DNA of 64,000 nucleotides from the human T2T-CHM13v2.0 reference genome, Homo sapiens: NCBI RefSeq assembly GCF_009914755.1, contig NC_060939.1, one strand, 5' to 3'. A program made the translations under genes and the position numbers. Shown piece after piece: positions 1 to 15,650 of this stretch (the stretch's first letter is position 1; each line of letters starts with the position of its first letter). Below the pieces are notes generated by a model. It saw only the letters and a program-made list of their open reading frames with translations, was not told the origin of the DNA and ran no database searches.

Positions 1-322
1 CAAAAACAAAACAGCCTCATTCATTTAGTCACATATTATGTGAGAAAATAAATATTCACCCTGACTCCTATTTAATTAGAAGTACCTTTACTTAGATACT
101 TTGATTCAAATACAGGGCCCAAACACCTCTCCACAAATGTTTGGTTGAAGAAAGCTTATTTACCTAATTAGAATATTTATGTGCCATCATGCATGTTTTA
201 TTTTTATATTAATATATCTCTTTGTGTTTTATTACAAAAATCTTGCCTTAAAAAAGACATTCAAATTTGTTTTTCATTCATCTGTAAGCTACAATACATG
301 TAGTTACTATGTGTAGTAATCA

Positions 323-324
<2 letters not shown>

Positions 325-356
<32 letters not shown>
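325..356. repeat. (GT)16 microsatellite
   Basis: Perfect dinucleotide run read directly from the sequence. Confidence 0.97.
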
Positions 357-358
<2 letters not shown>

Positions 359-1274
359 TCTTCCATGAGGAAGCAACCTTCTTTATCCTCATCTTCTCTA
401 AACCCTAATTCATTTGTACTTTCACTCATTTTCCCAAGGAATATGTTATTCCTTTAGAAGTCATTTTTAATGGCTAGAGAAAGATAAAGAAGGCTAAATA
501 GGAAAGCCTTGCTCAGAAAGCCCTGTTGCTCCTGCTGCTGCTTTGAATAACACCTTATGGTTACACTATGTTATCCTTCTAAAATCTACTTTACATGGTT
601 TCTCATATGTGTGAAGACCTTCATCCCTGAGAAGTGAGGGCCTAGGCAGGCTGGGAAGAGATATGGTAGCTGGGAGCCTGGGACATGTCTGAGGCTCATT
701 GGAGCTGAAGAGGTAGAGATTCAGGGGAAGCATTCTACGGAGAAGCTGAATTTAAAACCATTTGGGCAGTACCAAAGAACCATCTTTTCTAAAAGGTTGG
801 GTAGAGACAGAGTATCCATCCAAATATGAGGACAAACTGGGAAAATCCATTGTGAGCAAGCAAGTTTAAAACACAGCACAGAGGGAGAAGGTAAAAAAAA
901 TATTTAAGGTAGGTTTCTTAATTTTTTTATAGGATGCCAGCAGCCTTAGCCTGATGTGGGAGGAGGCTCTAATCAGGTCTGGCTCTTCTTCCACATTCCA
1001 CTCCACTGGGTGGTGTTTTTCACTGGGTGACTACAAAGTCTTAACATGTTTAGGTGGGTTCTTAGTTGAGGTGGGAGCGTTTCATGTGTTTGCTTCTCTA
1101 GCAGACATCCTTTCTCAAGGACAGGTACCAGATCTGGCAGTGGCACTTCTGAGAATCCAGAACCTTTTGCAAGACACGTGGGCTCTTCTAACTCAGTTGT
1201 CAGGGTAAATTACTTGGCTCTGTGTCTAGGGCAGAGTCTCAGTGAACTGAGCTAGCATGAGCTGGCTGAAACAG

Positions 1275-2325
1275 ACCTCATCTCTGCTTTTACTAAGAAA
1301 ATAGAAACAACCACAAGACAACTGTAACATTTCCCACCAGCATTCTCATTAAGTTTTGCCTTTCCTTCCTTGATGATGGAAAAACTGTCCTAGACTCTTA
1401 GTCCTCCTAGACCTTGTGACTTAAGCCCTGGATTCCCCATCACCTACTCAAAGGCTTTGCTCTTTTCATCACTCACTGTCTCCACCATCTCTACATCTCC
1501 ACTCTCTGTTTGATCATTCCCATAGCAGATACACATGCTATAATATCTCCTGTCTTTAAAAAACCTGTCTTCTCTAGAATTACACCCTCCTCCAACTACT
1601 CCCTCCTGCTTCTCAGGCCTCCTTACATCATCATTTCTAAAGCAAGTTGTCAATACTCAGTGTCTCTCCACTTCCTCATTTCATGGTCTCTTTTCAGTCT
1701 TCTCCAATCATGTTTGCTTCCCTATGATTGCACTGAAGCCATTCTTCTCAGGATCACCAGTGAGCTCTACATGTCTTAAATCCTCTGAACAATTTCCCAG
1801 CCCTTCTCTTACTTGACCTCTCAGTGGATTTTATTTCACTTGGTGAACCACCTGGAATCTGAGTCAACGCACTGTCTCGGTTTTCCTCCTGTGTCCCTGG
1901 ATTGGCCTCTTCTGAGTCTGCTGGCTCCTTCCTCTTATTCCTCATTTTTTAATTTCTTTAAACATCTTCTGTTCTTTAAATACACTCGTTCACTTTATAG
2001 GAGATCTTATCCAGTCCCATGGCTTTAATTTCTGTCTCTCTGTCAATAACTCCCAGATCTATATTCTCTAGCCGTGACATTTCCCCTGAGCTCCAGACTT
2101 AACATATTCTGCCACCTACTTGACATTTCCATTAGATGTCTAATAAGCATTTCAAATTGAACATTTTCAAAATAGAACTTGGTCTTATCTCCCAAACCTG
2201 TTTTTCTTACAGTTTTATACACTGCAGCTCCTGGCTTTACCATTCATCCAGCAGCTCAGGATATAGACTTGAGGCTCATTCTTGACCACTCTATTCCTCT
2301 TACACTCACATATCATAAAAACCCA
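1275..2325 (+). mobile_element. L2 LINE relic (RT region)
   Basis: Degenerate L2 hallmarks: cactgaagccattcttctcaggatcaccagtga, ttacttgacctctcag, atccagtcccatggcttt, cccctgagctccagact, acttgacatttccattagatgtctaata. Confidence 0.85.
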
Positions 2326-4511
2326 ATTGTGTGGGCCCCTGCCAGACCTGACTACCTCTATTAGTGATGGCCAGGACGGGCTATCTTCAAAATTCCCAGC
2401 AGATGATTTCCAGGATTAGTGCTGTAGTCTTCCCTCGTGTGTCTATGGCTCCCAGGATTGGGTATGAAATGGTAAACCCAAAGTGCTTGAGGAAGGTGAC
2501 TCTGGTGCAAACTGAGTTCCCGCATCTAATTTAGCCACTCCAACTCTATGACAAGTGATTCTTAATCCCAAGGAAGAGGAGCAATTATACTCTTTCAAAA
2601 GCCGGTTTCCTAGAGAAGGAAACCCAGAGGTGGAGACTTCAGGGCTGGGTCTTCCAAGCACTAGATATTGCTCATCTCAGTGGATGGAGACATTCACGTG
2701 GACTGGGCTGGGTCAGGTAGGTCAGGGGAAGGCAGGAATACCTTAAGTAAGGCTTGTTAGGAGACTGCATCTGCATCTGAGAACCAAGAAAAGCCTCCAT
2801 CCCTTTTGAGCATGTCAATTATTACAACAGACTATGAAAAGAAATGTGTAAGGAATTGTCTAATGAATTCCAGGAATTGATAAATATATTTGATAAATCA
2901 TGTGGGCTCTTCCTCTGGGACTACAAACACTTGAAGCATAATGCAGATGTCTCGACTGGACAGAATAGAGCCCAGTAATTCTTCCATTCTCTTGGACATG
3001 TACTTTTCAGGGTTGGCCTGCAGGTGGTGGTGTAGCCCACAGAGGACTTGAGGACCTGTCTGGACAAAGGACTCACAGGATGTTAGATTTAGATTCGTAT
3101 ATTAGGATTTTGTCCAAGTAGCTCATGCCTCCTTGATCCTGCATGAGAAGATGACTAGGGCCTGCACAGCCAAAATGACACCATAATCTGCCAGATCCCC
3201 CCTCTCCCATTGATGTCAAAGCTCTTGGACCAGTAAGCTGGGTTATCTACAACCTCTTCCCTGTCCAGGCAGAGGATAAGAGAAAAACTCCCTCCCAGAT
3301 ACACTCAAAATGTACTTCCCACGTGAGGTTGCTAGTGCCTTTGAAGAGAGGGCATCTGTGGGTTAAGTGGCCAATTCATCATGGTGCTGGTGTTGTTGCT
3401 CCCAGACTCAGTACATGAAGTTAGCATCCTCCCTTTCCCCACACATTCTCCACCCCTGCCAAAGCCTTGGAAATAGAATTGCTGTCCATCACTGGCTTGG
3501 CAGGAAGCCACACATATTTGTAGTGGGGTCACAAATTCATTCACTCTGTACTCAGATGTGCGAGGAAAATATAGCTTCTGTATTTCTCCATAACTCATCT
3601 ACTCATCCACAGGGAATTGGGAAAAAAGGACCCTAAATTTATCCCCTTCAGTTAAACTTAGTTCAGCTCAATAATTCAGATGCCTTCTTTATGTAAATTA
3701 TCTTTAGTTTCTTTAGGTAAAATACGGTCTTTACATTTTCTCTCCATCTCTTTGTTGTCCTCCAAGTTAGTGACTCTGTCTCTGTTTAGTGGGGTCTGTA
3801 AGAATTTAGATGACCCACGCAGCAGAGATATTATCTGAATCCTCACTAACCAAAGGTGAAGTGGCTAGATTTTCTGTTTACTGGACTGGTGACCACTGAA
3901 GGTTGATTTTTCTGGTTTGGCTTTTTGAGGTAAAGTAATTTCCTCTGGAATCTGTGTTTCTGGCCATCTCAAAGTTTCTACTCAGGTACCTCTTTGTTTT
4001 AACCAGAGCCCTTTGGCGTACCTCTGTGCTCTCAAAACCTCTGTCTCATCAGAACACACGGGACTTGCTAGATCACCTGTACAACATCCCGGCCATGTAA
4101 GCCCAGGAGTGATGGCTCAAGCTCATCTATCAACCCACCTACTATACCACCTCCTCACCATCACTCCTTGCCAAGACTCTGGCCTCTGGCCTTCTCACTT
4201 CTTGTCTTCCTCATTTCTTCCATAATCCCTTGGAACTGGAAGGGGCAGTCTTTGGGCAACTCATTCACCCATGTACTATCTCCCTTCCAGGGTAGAGCAA
4301 CGCATATCATGACCTAGCTTTCATAGGTGGTAAGGTTATCTTCTTTTTTCTTAAGAAAAAAACACTATGAGTTGAGGGCCCCATCTTAGTTCATGGTATG
4401 CCTTAAATCTGAATTTAAAAATCCTTTCTGGACAAAGCCTAAGTCTTGCTATAGATCAGTACGAACAATAATCAAAGCACAAAGGTCAGAAATTACTTTG
4501 TTGTTTTAGAG

Positions 4512-5098
<587 letters not shown>

Positions 5099-5192
5099 TA
5101 ATGGCCGCTGCTCTGCACTCCCAAGACGCGGGTTAGTCGATAAACCCCACCCACTTCCCCAAGTGCCGGTGGTATTCTTCTCTGTTTCTCCT

Positions 5193-5355
5193 AAGGAGAG
5201 GCTACATAATTTATGGAGCCCAGTAAAAAGCAAAACTTTATTCACAAATTATTTTAAGTTTCAAGCTATCAACACCAGAGCATGAATCCAAGTACAAGGT
5301 CTGAGGGCGGGTCCCAGTGTGACTGCATAGGGCTCGCACCTAGGAAGCTGGCCTT
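5193..5355 (-). mobile_element. MER45A-like hAT-Tip100 MITE
   Basis: ggctacataatt...gcccagt...tttcaag...gactgcataggg...gaagctggcc matches the reverse complement of the recalled MER45A consensus. Confidence 0.7.
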
Positions 5356-5936
5356 CTTTGAAGAGAATTGCACCCAACAGAGATGTCAAGGCAGCACTGT
5401 GGGCTCACTGGGGAATTTACTTATGAGCAGCAATGCCAGAGCCCACAGCTGCACTAGTGCTGACCAGGCTCAGATGTTAACTCTTACAGCTGCCCAGGGA
5501 ATGCCTGTGGCTAGATGGAGCCACCCAGCCAAAAAGAAGTGACAGGAAATAAGGGCCCCAACATGTTGTATTGGAAAGCCCATTGCTGGAAGCTCTGGAC
5601 ATGTCAGCTGCTTCCAGCTGGGCATGTTTCTATCATAGCCAGGGTTGTGTCCAGCCAGGAAGGCTGAGACCTGTCAAGTCCATCATTTTAGAAACTGCTG
5701 AAGGATGGGGAAAAGGCAACACACCCAGGAACTACGGCACAGAGAACTATGGCCAGCTTTCTTACCTGGACTCTGGCTGTGAGCAGAGCATGGTGTCCAG
5801 GAGCCTGTGTGCAGAGGAGGTCTTACCTCCCCAACCTGAGAGACAAAGGGATTTGAGGGGAGGCCAGAACAACAGCCACTCAGAACTTCAAAATGAATCG
5901 TCAGTACAGAGGAGCAAGACAGAGAAAAAGAATCTA

Positions 5937-6236
5937 GGCCGGGTGTGGTGGCTCACGCCTGCAATCCCGGCACTTTGGAAGGCTGAGGCGGGTGAATCAC
6001 TTGAGGTCAGCAGTTCAAGACCAGCCTTGCCAAATGGTGAAACCCTATCTCCATTAAAAATACAAAAATTAGCCAGGTGTGGTGGCAGGCGCCTATAATC
6101 CCAGCTACTCGGGAGGCTGAGGCAGGAGAATTGCTTGAACCTGGGAGATAGAGGCTGCAGTGAGCTGAGATCGCACACTGCTCTCTAGCCTGGGTGACAA
6201 GAGTGAAACTCCATCTTAAAAAAAAAAAAAAAAGAA
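5937..6236 (+). mobile_element. Alu (AluSq-like)
   Basis: Full dimer with A-tail; TSD aaagaatcta. Confidence 0.96.
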
Positions 6237-6897
6237 AGAAAGAATCTACTTGTAAGTCAAGTAGATGGAAACAGAGGAAACCAGACAAAAACAAAAAGAT
6301 GTGAGGTGGAAGGTGAGACTTGGAACTTGTAAATAGTCTGTAAGATAAGTAAATTAACTCCCACAGCTTTTTAGAGTATAGCAGATTGGTACCTACACAT
6401 AGAAATAATTGGCAAAATGCAGTAAAAAATAACTTTTAAATAAACAGCTGAATGCAAAAGGAAGAAAACGGTTTTAGAATAAAGAGAGAGGACGAAGCCG
6501 CAGTGGGTTCAGCCTGACTTGACCCCAGCTCAGCTGATAGGCTCAGTGGTTCTTGTGCAGAATTCTCCTTGGATGCCCTTGTTGCTCATATTGACCCCTG
6601 GCTTTTGGCCTGGGGGACCCAGGCCCCAGGCCACCTTCTCTGTTTAGGTTCAGAAGCTGCAAAAGAGAACTGCCTGAATTCCCTGAGACACAGGCTCTGG
6701 AGACCCAGGAGAAGTCCTTGGAGGAAAACCTTGAAGAGCTACTCCTGCCATGAAGAGGGAAATAGAAAAGTCCAAATCCGCAGTCTGAAAAAGTAGTATG
6801 GAATCCTGGGCTTTTCGTTTCTCCCAGGGGTCTTTTAAATTTTAATCCTACCTTCTAACTTCCAGTATAGAGGAAAGGGAAGAATAAAGAAAAAAAC

Positions 6898-7190
6898 GGC
6901 TGGGTGAGGTGGCTCACACCTGTAATCTCAGCATTTTGGGAGGCCGAGGAGGGCAGGTCACTTGAGGTCAGGAGTTTGAGACCAGCCTGGCCAACATGGC
7001 AAAACCCCATCTCTACCAAAAATTCAAAAATTAGCTGGGTGTGATGGCGCATACTTTTAATCCCAACTACTTGGGAGGCTGAGGCGGGAGGATCACTTGA
7101 ACCCGGGAGGTGGAGGCTGCAGTGAGCCGAGATCATGCCAGTGCACCACTTCAGCCTGGGCAACAGAGTGAAAAAGAAAAGAAAGAAAAA
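6898..7190 (+). mobile_element. Alu (J/S), missing the last ~12 nt before the tail
   Basis: Alu dimer sequence. Confidence 0.95.
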
Positions 7191-7249
7191 GACTAGCTCA
7201 ACCTAATAGAAAGTAGAAAAGAATAAAGAATCAAAGTTAAAGAATAACT

Positions 7250-7363
7250 GGCTGAAGGAGGATTGCTTGAACCTGGGAGGCAGAGGTTGTAGTGAGCCAA
7301 GATCGCACCACTGCACTCCAGTCTGACTGACAAAGTGAGACCCTGACTCAAAAAAAAAAAAAA
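7250..7363 (+). mobile_element. 5'-truncated Alu (right arm)
   Basis: Right monomer plus A-tail. Confidence 0.9.
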
Positions 7364-9319
7364 GATAAATAGAAAACACAACATGAACCATGTATCAATA
7401 ATCAAAATTCATATAAATATTAACATATTGAATTTCCCTACAAAAAGATGGAGATTCTCAGGATTTTTAAAAATTCAGCCAAGAGACTACCTAGAACTTG
7501 ATGACACAGAGAAATGATTATGTAAATAGATGGATAAACTGTACTAGAAAAATATTTTTTTAATTAAACATAATATTATCATCTTTTTTTAAACTTTAAG
7601 GCAAAATAAAAGTAAGGGATAAAGAGGGCCATTATATAATGATAAAAGGATAAAAAGATAAAAATAAGAATTCACATTGAAGAAATAGTAAGTTGGAACT
7701 TCAGTGTGTGTGTATGTGTGTGTACACACAATACATTGTCAAAATTATAAAGAGAAAATGATAAATGTATAATCATAGTTGTAGAAGATGTAAAGAACAC
7801 AGGTAATACCTACACCCAAAATTATAGGAAACGCATTCTTTTCATTATTTTTGTTGTTGTTACGGGCAGCCTCCTGAGCAAGAGGAGGCTCAGAGATTCC
7901 CAGGAAACACATTATTTCTAGCACACGTGAAACATTTACAAAAAGCATAATATGTCAAAAAGTAAACTTCAAACAAATACCAATGACCAAAATCACACAA
8001 AACATTCTCTGACAGCAATGCAATAAAATCAAAAATCAATGTAATAGTCACACTGCCCCATTATTTTAGAAACTTCTAAATAATTATTAAGGTAGAAAAA
8101 TGAATAGAAAATACCAAATGTGTAACACCACTCAGACAATAAAAACATGAGTACCAAAACACATGGCATGGAGTTTAAGCAGTATTTAGAAGGAAATTTA
8201 GAGCTTTAAATGCCTATAATGGAAAGAAGGAAGCGTATACCCCAAAGGTCAAAATGTTTAAAAATTAGAAGAAAGAAAGTAGAAGGAAAAAAAGTCAAAA
8301 ATAAGAGGAGAAATAGCCAAAAGGGGAAAAAAATCAATAAGGTTTCATATAGAATCAATAGTATTCATAAATCAATAAGGATTCATATATTCCTATTCTA
8401 TATGAAGACAATATAATTCAATCGATTCAAAACCTAATTCTTTTAGAGGACTAATAAAATAGACAAAACCTGGCAAGATTGATTGAGAGTATAAGAGAAA
8501 AAAGCGGGAATAAAGGACTTGACTATAAATTTTTAAAAGTATAAGAGAATACGATGAACATCATTATATTAATACATTTGGCAATTTAAATGAAATGGAC
8601 AGTTTTCTAGACACATGTAAATCACTAAAAGTGACATGAAAAAGAAATGGCAGTCTATTTATTTATAACCATTAAAAGAACTGAATCTGTAGTTTAAAAA
8701 ATCTATCCATTAAGTACTATGCCAATCAAGTACTTACCCAAAGAGGTGAGTTTTACCAAATCTTCAAAGTTTATTTCCTGTATTGAACAGACTTTTTCAT
8801 TCAGTGAAGACAAAAATAGGTGAGCTCTCTTTACTTCTTTTGTAAGTATATTTTTGATACCCAAACTGGAAAAAGACAATACGAGAAAAGAAAATCGTTG
8901 TTTTTTCTCACTTTTGGGCACATGTGCTCAAATATTTTAAAATATCATCTAATTGAATTCAGCAATGCATTAAGACATCATATTAGATAAGGCACAAAGC
9001 AGATATAATAAAATAATTATAGAATCTGGTTGGTGGGCATAAGGGTGTTCACCGTACAGGCCAAATTTTTCGTATGTTTGAAGTTTTCCTTATTAAAACC
9101 TTGCAAAAAGTAAGAAACGAAATCATTACGTATTTACCACCTGTAAAAACATATCATGACAGAATACCAAGAATGGTTGAATATTAAAAATCTATCAGTG
9201 TAATTCACCTCATTGATATAGATGATAAATTTTATCAGGAAAATGAGGTTGTAGTCCACTTCCAGTTTGCCAATAGCTTTTTTTCCCATAAATTGCTTTT
9301 TCATCAATTATATAATTAT

Positions 9320-9762
9320 ATAATTGAGCTTGGCTGTGAGTGGCAGAAAACTCCAAACTATATAGAATTTTATTTCTCTCCTAAGTAGAAGACTGATTAG
9401 GTGGCCCAGAGCCAAGTTACTTCCAATATTTTGATGTTTGGTAAGATCTCTGTTCCTAAGATCACATCAAGTACAATATGATTGCGCGAATTCCAGTCAT
9501 TACATCTGCATTCTAGGTGGCAGGAAGGAGAAAAGGGAGGAGTGATTATGTTTCCACTTTAGGGGTACTACTGGAATTTGCATATATCACTTCTACTTAC
9601 ATCCCAATGGCAGGAACTATGTTATATGCCCTCACCCACTGGAAGGTGGCATTGAAATGCAGGCAATTTTCTTGACACTGATGTCTCCAAATAAAATAGA
9701 GACTATACAGAGGCAAAAAGGGAGAACCAATGTGAGAGGGAGGGATCAGCAATCTCTCCCAA
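9320..9762 (-). mobile_element. Ancient ERVL/MaLR solo LTR (MLT1J/LTR33-type)
   Basis: tcacttctacttacatcccaatggcaggaact...gggagaacc...agcaatctctccca resembles the reverse complement of an old MaLR/ERVL LTR; it interrupts the L1. Confidence 0.6.
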
Positions 9763-10083
9763 GTATAAAGTTACCAAAAACCCACAGAAAACCTGATGCT
9801 TAGTGGTCAAACGTTAGAAGCATTCTCTTTAGAGTCAGGAGCAAGTCAAGAGTGTCTGTTATTACAGCTTCTCTTAACCATTATATTAATATTAAAAGTC
9901 CTAGCCAGTGCCAATACTCTTTAAAAGAATAAGAATTAGAAAGAAGGGGAAAAATTGTTCTTATTTATAAACTATCTGATAATTTACATTAAAAATGCAG
10001 GAGAGTGTGTAGACAAACAATTCAAACAGGAAAATTCAGCATTCTGAATACATGTTCAGGATATGGTGTGAGAGGAGAAAAAA

Positions 10084-10085
<2 letters not shown>

Positions 10086-10113
<28 letters not shown>
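10086..10113. repeat. (TG)14 microsatellite
   Basis: Read directly from the sequence. Confidence 0.95.
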
Positions 10114-10114
<1 letters not shown>

Positions 10115-10501
10115 TCTCCCATTTAGAATAGATATCTAGGCAGAAATATCTGCAAGACCTATTTAGGCAAAATTATAAAACACGACATAAAATATGCACT
10201 GGATAAATGATGAGACACTGAGGGATGGAAAGATAATTGTGTCAATCTGGCAGATCACCCTGTGAATTTATAATGAATCTATGAATCATTGTAATTCCAA
10301 CCAGAATCCCAACAAGGCTTCATGGAATTTAACAATCTAACCCAAAAGTTGGTGTGGAAGATTAGACACTCAACTAGCACAGAAATGTTCAAAAAAGAAA
10401 ACTAAGGAGAGGTGATTTGCCCTACCAGGCTAATTATACAAGGTTATAATTCTTTTAAGAAGTGCGGCTTTGGGGACAGGAATATAAAAATAGGCTGAAA
10501 G

Positions 10502-10879
<378 letters not shown>

Positions 10880-11738
10880 TTACATATCAGCAGGGAGTGG
10901 CAAACATTAGCTAAGTGGTCCTAAGACAACTGGCTATGTACAGGGAAAAGGAATTTACATCCCCATTTCATACCACAACAAAATACATCCTACATGGGCT
11001 AAAAACCTTAAATGTATGGTAGGGTGACAGGGGGAATCTTAAAATTACAAAGTAAATACAGGAGAATGTCTTCATTACATTTTCAGTTTTCTTAAATAAA
11101 ATAACAAAAGCATAAATGATAACAGTGATCATTTGAATACATTTAAATATTAAAATTCTATGAAACAAAAGACGCCAGACACAGTGAAAATGCAAGCCAT
11201 TGGAGAAGTTAATTATAGTATATATTACTGGGTATTAGCATCAAGAGTATTTTTAAATCTCTATAAATGAATAAGAAAAAAGCAAGCAATACAGTAGAAA
11301 ATTTGTCAATGATATCAACAGTTAATTGTTAGAAGGAAACTAAACAGCCAAAAAACATAAAAGATACTCAACTTCAGTAATAAATGCAAATTAAAACCAC
11401 AATGAAATACTATTTCACATCCATCAGAAGGGCAAAATTTAGAAGTCTGAGAAGCCCAAGTGTTGGTAAGGATGTGGAAGAAAAAGAAAAAAAGAACTTG
11501 TAAATATGGCTGGTGTGAATGTGTATTGTAGAAAATCACATTGGAGGACAATGTTGCAATATCAAACAAAGTTGATGAGCACATGCTAACCTATGACCTA
11601 GCAATTCTGCCTGTGGGTATGTATCCTAAAAAATTCTCACGCATATGCCCAAGGAGAAATGAAATACATTGTTTTTTGTAGCACCGTTTTTAATAGCAAA
11701 ACATTGGAACCAACCTAAATGTTCAAAAATATAATTGT

Positions 11739-12055
11739 GGACAGGGCTCAGTGGCTCATACCTTTATCCCAGCACCTTGGGAGACCAATGTGGGCAGGCG
11801 GACCTCTTGAGCCCCAGAGTTCAAGACTGGCCTGGGCAACATGGTAAAACTTTGCCTCCACAAAAAATACAAAAATTAGCCCGGCATGGTGGCTCATGCC
11901 TGTAGTCTCAGCTACTCAGAAGGCTGAGGTGGGAGGATTACCTGAGCCTGGGGAGATTGAGGCTGCAGGGACCTGAGATCACAACACTGCACTGCAGCCT
12001 GGGTGACAGAATGAGACCTTGTCTCCAAAAAAAAAAAGAAAGAAAGAAAAAGGGA
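11739..12055 (+). mobile_element. Alu (AluJ)
   Basis: Diverged full dimer with J-type positions. Confidence 0.93.
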
Positions 12056-12619
12056 AAAAAAAGAATGGTGGATCAATAAATGGTGCCAAAGTCACACAAT
12101 GAAATATCAACTATGTATGTGCAAAATATGTAAGAACCAGGAAGGAAGGATACATGCTAATTTCAGGATAGTGATTATCTCTGGGCAGAGAGCAATGGAA
12201 TTGGGCAGTGGGTGCTATGGTTAAAATGTATCTGTAATGTTAAAACAAACAAGCAAAAAACTCTAAAGTCAGGCAAGATGTCAACATTGGTTAAATCTAT
12301 GAAAAACAATAAGCCTGGATCATACTGCAGACTAATAAGAAATGATTTCCAGAACTACTTCAGAAGAGTGTGGGGTGTGGACTACCATGTGTGTAATGCT
12401 GAAGAAGAGGATGAGCTTGTTTGTGCAGACTTCCTAATGACACAAAATAAATTGGCAACAGTGATGGCCTCTGAGGGAGAGGGACACAGGAGACTGGCAT
12501 AAGCAGAGGAAAAAGACCTTTACATCCTTTTTCTATTATTTGCCTGTTTTATCACTTGCATATATTTTCTCAATAGTAAAAAAATTAAAGCAAAAATATA
12601 TTTTTAATAAAAATGATTC

Positions 12620-13330
12620 CTACCGCAACAATGCACTTAAAGCCAAAATTACAATTTTGAGGGACATTTTGCATGAAGTATAAGTGTACCCTTATGCTTG
12701 CCACCTTCCCAAATGACTGATTTTTCTACAGCGTTCCTGATAATAAGTTCCTTATGATCAGTCACACAGAAACATACACCCTGCCTGCTACATATGCTTT
12801 AACTGTGCATCTATTTATATGGGATGACAGATACTTTCCCTAATAAATCTTGCCATTTTCCCTGGTAAGGAACTGTGTGCTGACTAAATGGTTGCTGACA
12901 CATGGGAGTTATTCCCATAATTTCCTCACACAGTAAGACAAATCAATGCAATGCAGAGCTCTGTTACAGACACTAACAGATTTGGAGCATGTCAGAAAGT
13001 GGGGCGGTATATAATGAATCCATGTTTCTAGACTTTCCTACCAGAGACAGCTTGAGGCAATCTGACAGCAAAGGCAGGATCTGAAGTCCTAAACTCAGAC
13101 ATTTTATCTCCGTGAGCTAATTTACAACCAAGAGAGCCACAATACTGTCAGATCTAGAACTCAACTACTTTAAACAGCGACCTTTTGTCTTATATTTTGC
13201 ATTGATTTTTTTGAAGTATTATGTTGTTTGAAAGCTAATTACCTTCCTAGAGGATTAATTTCAAACCTTTTCAAACCTAGAACCGCTTTAGGGAACAAAA
13301 CAACTGACTCTCACTGCTTTCTTGTTATCC
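12620..13330. promoter_or_regulatory. Candidate cis-regulatory island
   Basis: Repeat-free; TGACAG/CTGTCA at 12825, 13063 and 13145; AAATCAAT at 12940; GC box plus TATATAA at 13001-13014. Motif evidence only. Confidence 0.3.
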
Positions 13331-14341
13331 CAAGCTGGACTCCAAGGGCCCCAGGCCCCACTTGGTGTAAGGTATAGAATTCTGCTTTATACCAGTTTAC
13401 AGGTATCAAGGAGGCAGGAGAGAGACTCAGGGTAGTGAGGGGAAAGAAGATCAGAGTCATCTCTTTTTCATGTCTTTCATTTCACAACTTCTTCCTTCCC
13501 ATGCCTGCTGGTGCGCTCCCTCGCCTTGTTCCAGAGCCAAAAGACAGGTCAACTTCACTGCTTTTTATCCAAGTTGGCAGAGGTTGTGGCAGCGGGGTGG
13601 TAACTCTGCCCGATGTTCCCAAGCTGCAGCTGGGACATGTCCAACAGCAAAGTCACTCAGTAAACAGTTCTCTGTTTCTCTTTTCCTCGAGTTGGCTGGA
13701 ATATCTCTAAGCCCTAGTACCACCCACTCTTTAATTCAAGACAAGCCCACAGACCAGAAACTTCACAGATCACTCTGTCTTAAAACAGTCTTTTGCTGGG
13801 TACAAAATACCATGTATAAAATTATTGATATGCTACAATTATTTCCATTCCAATCCCTATAGATTATCCTTTTTGACGGTTTAGTTTTTCTATTTTTATT
13901 AATATCCCTTGTACATCATTCAGTTCAATATTCAAAAACCTCCTTAGATGTTTATTTTGTGCCTAGCTTTGTGGTGATGTGGGGGAGATAAGCAAATACT
14001 GCACTTAACAGTTACTTATTTTAAGATGTTTACAAACTAATTGGAGAGAGAAAAGCCAATATGAAGCAAGTGATAACTAAAGAAAAACTGTCTTTAAACC
14101 CTAAAAGTGGGAGGAAATAGCAAAGACATGCAGAGGTCAGGAAAACTTTAAGAAAGATGTTGGCTGGGGCTGGGATTTGAAGGAGTGGAGGTTGAGGAGG
14201 GCTTTCCAGATCTCACAAGATGGTTAAGCTTCAGAGGCTGATCTCAGCAGAACATACTGTGGGACTGTCAGAGACCAGTTTAATAAAGCAACTCTGACAC
14301 CAGAAAACTGGTAAACAAGCAAGCAAAAAAAACCAGGAACA

Positions 14342-14680
<339 letters not shown>

Positions 14681-14699
14681 TCATTATCCTTCCATATGT

Positions 14700-14860
14700 T
14701 GAGTACTAGAGATCAAAGGGAACTCATGAATCATGTCATGCACCTTCATGCCTTCATTTCACAGATGAGAACACCGAGGATAAGCGACTCAAAACAATTT
14801 CACCATAGCAGGTCACAAATTAGTGCCAGAGTGGAAATTCAACTCCAGGGCTTCCAACGC
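14700..14860 (-). mobile_element. MIR relic
   Basis: Core sequence catttcacagatgagaacaccgagg. Confidence 0.65.
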
Positions 14861-15309
14861 CCATGCATCACACTCCACTTCAAAACCCCACACTGTTATG
14901 CTTCACTGATGGAAGGCCCTTTGGAACAGTGATATACTAATAGTAACAAAATAATAAATTCCAAAGTAGAGGTATTATAGAAGGGATAAGGCTTATTTTG
15001 TGTACAGATATTTCTAAGTTTTTCTTTTCTTAAATTGCACTAGCTATTATATCAGGTTTCACCTCCTCTGCTTTTGACGAAGTCTTCCATGGCCCTGCCT
15101 AGCCTTTCTGACCTTATTTCCCAACACTCCCTATTCTACAGGCTCCACTCAAGCCAGATGTGTCCATTCATAGTCCCCAGCTTTTGCTAGGCTCGTGCCC
15201 ATCTCTGGGGTGTTGCTCCTGTTTTCCCCTTTTCAACTTTCAATTGATATAAAACCCAAGGCTCAGTGAGGACCTTTGGCTACCTCAAGTCTTCTCTGGA
15301 CTCCTATTT

Positions 15310-15650
15310 AATTTAACTCATTTTAATAAAATTTTATGGAGGACCTGCTGTGTGTCAGGCACTCTACAAGGCACTCAGGACTCCCAAATAAGTCAGGCAT
15401 GGGTGCCACCCTCAAGGTACAGAGGCTAGAAGGGGAATGCAAACATGAAAAAATATCATTACCACCCAGAATCATAAAAATAGGTACAGGAAATATAGAG
15501 ACATTCTGGTCTAGTAGATGGAAAGGGAGAAGATCTCATGGAGAGAGTGAGGTCTGAGATCAGTTAGTAGATGAGTGGAACTTCATCAGGGACTAAGTTG
15601 GGGGAAAGGGAAGGAAAGGGTTATTCCAGGAAGAAAAGACTGGATGTGGA
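15310..15650 (-). mobile_element. L2 3' relic
   Basis: ggacctgctgtgtgtcaggcactctacaaggcact...ccctcaagg matches the reverse complement of the L2 3' end. Confidence 0.65.

Noticed and set aside
2335-2425. Possible MER5 fragment
   Set aside because: Too short and diverged to support by eye.
5571-6098. 175-aa ORF
   Set aside because: Non-ATG start, no recognisable domain, and the C-terminus is Alu-derived.
8331-8430. Imperfect repeats of aatcaataagg(t/a)ttcatata in L1
   Set aside because: Local slippage duplication; the spacing is too irregular for a functional array.
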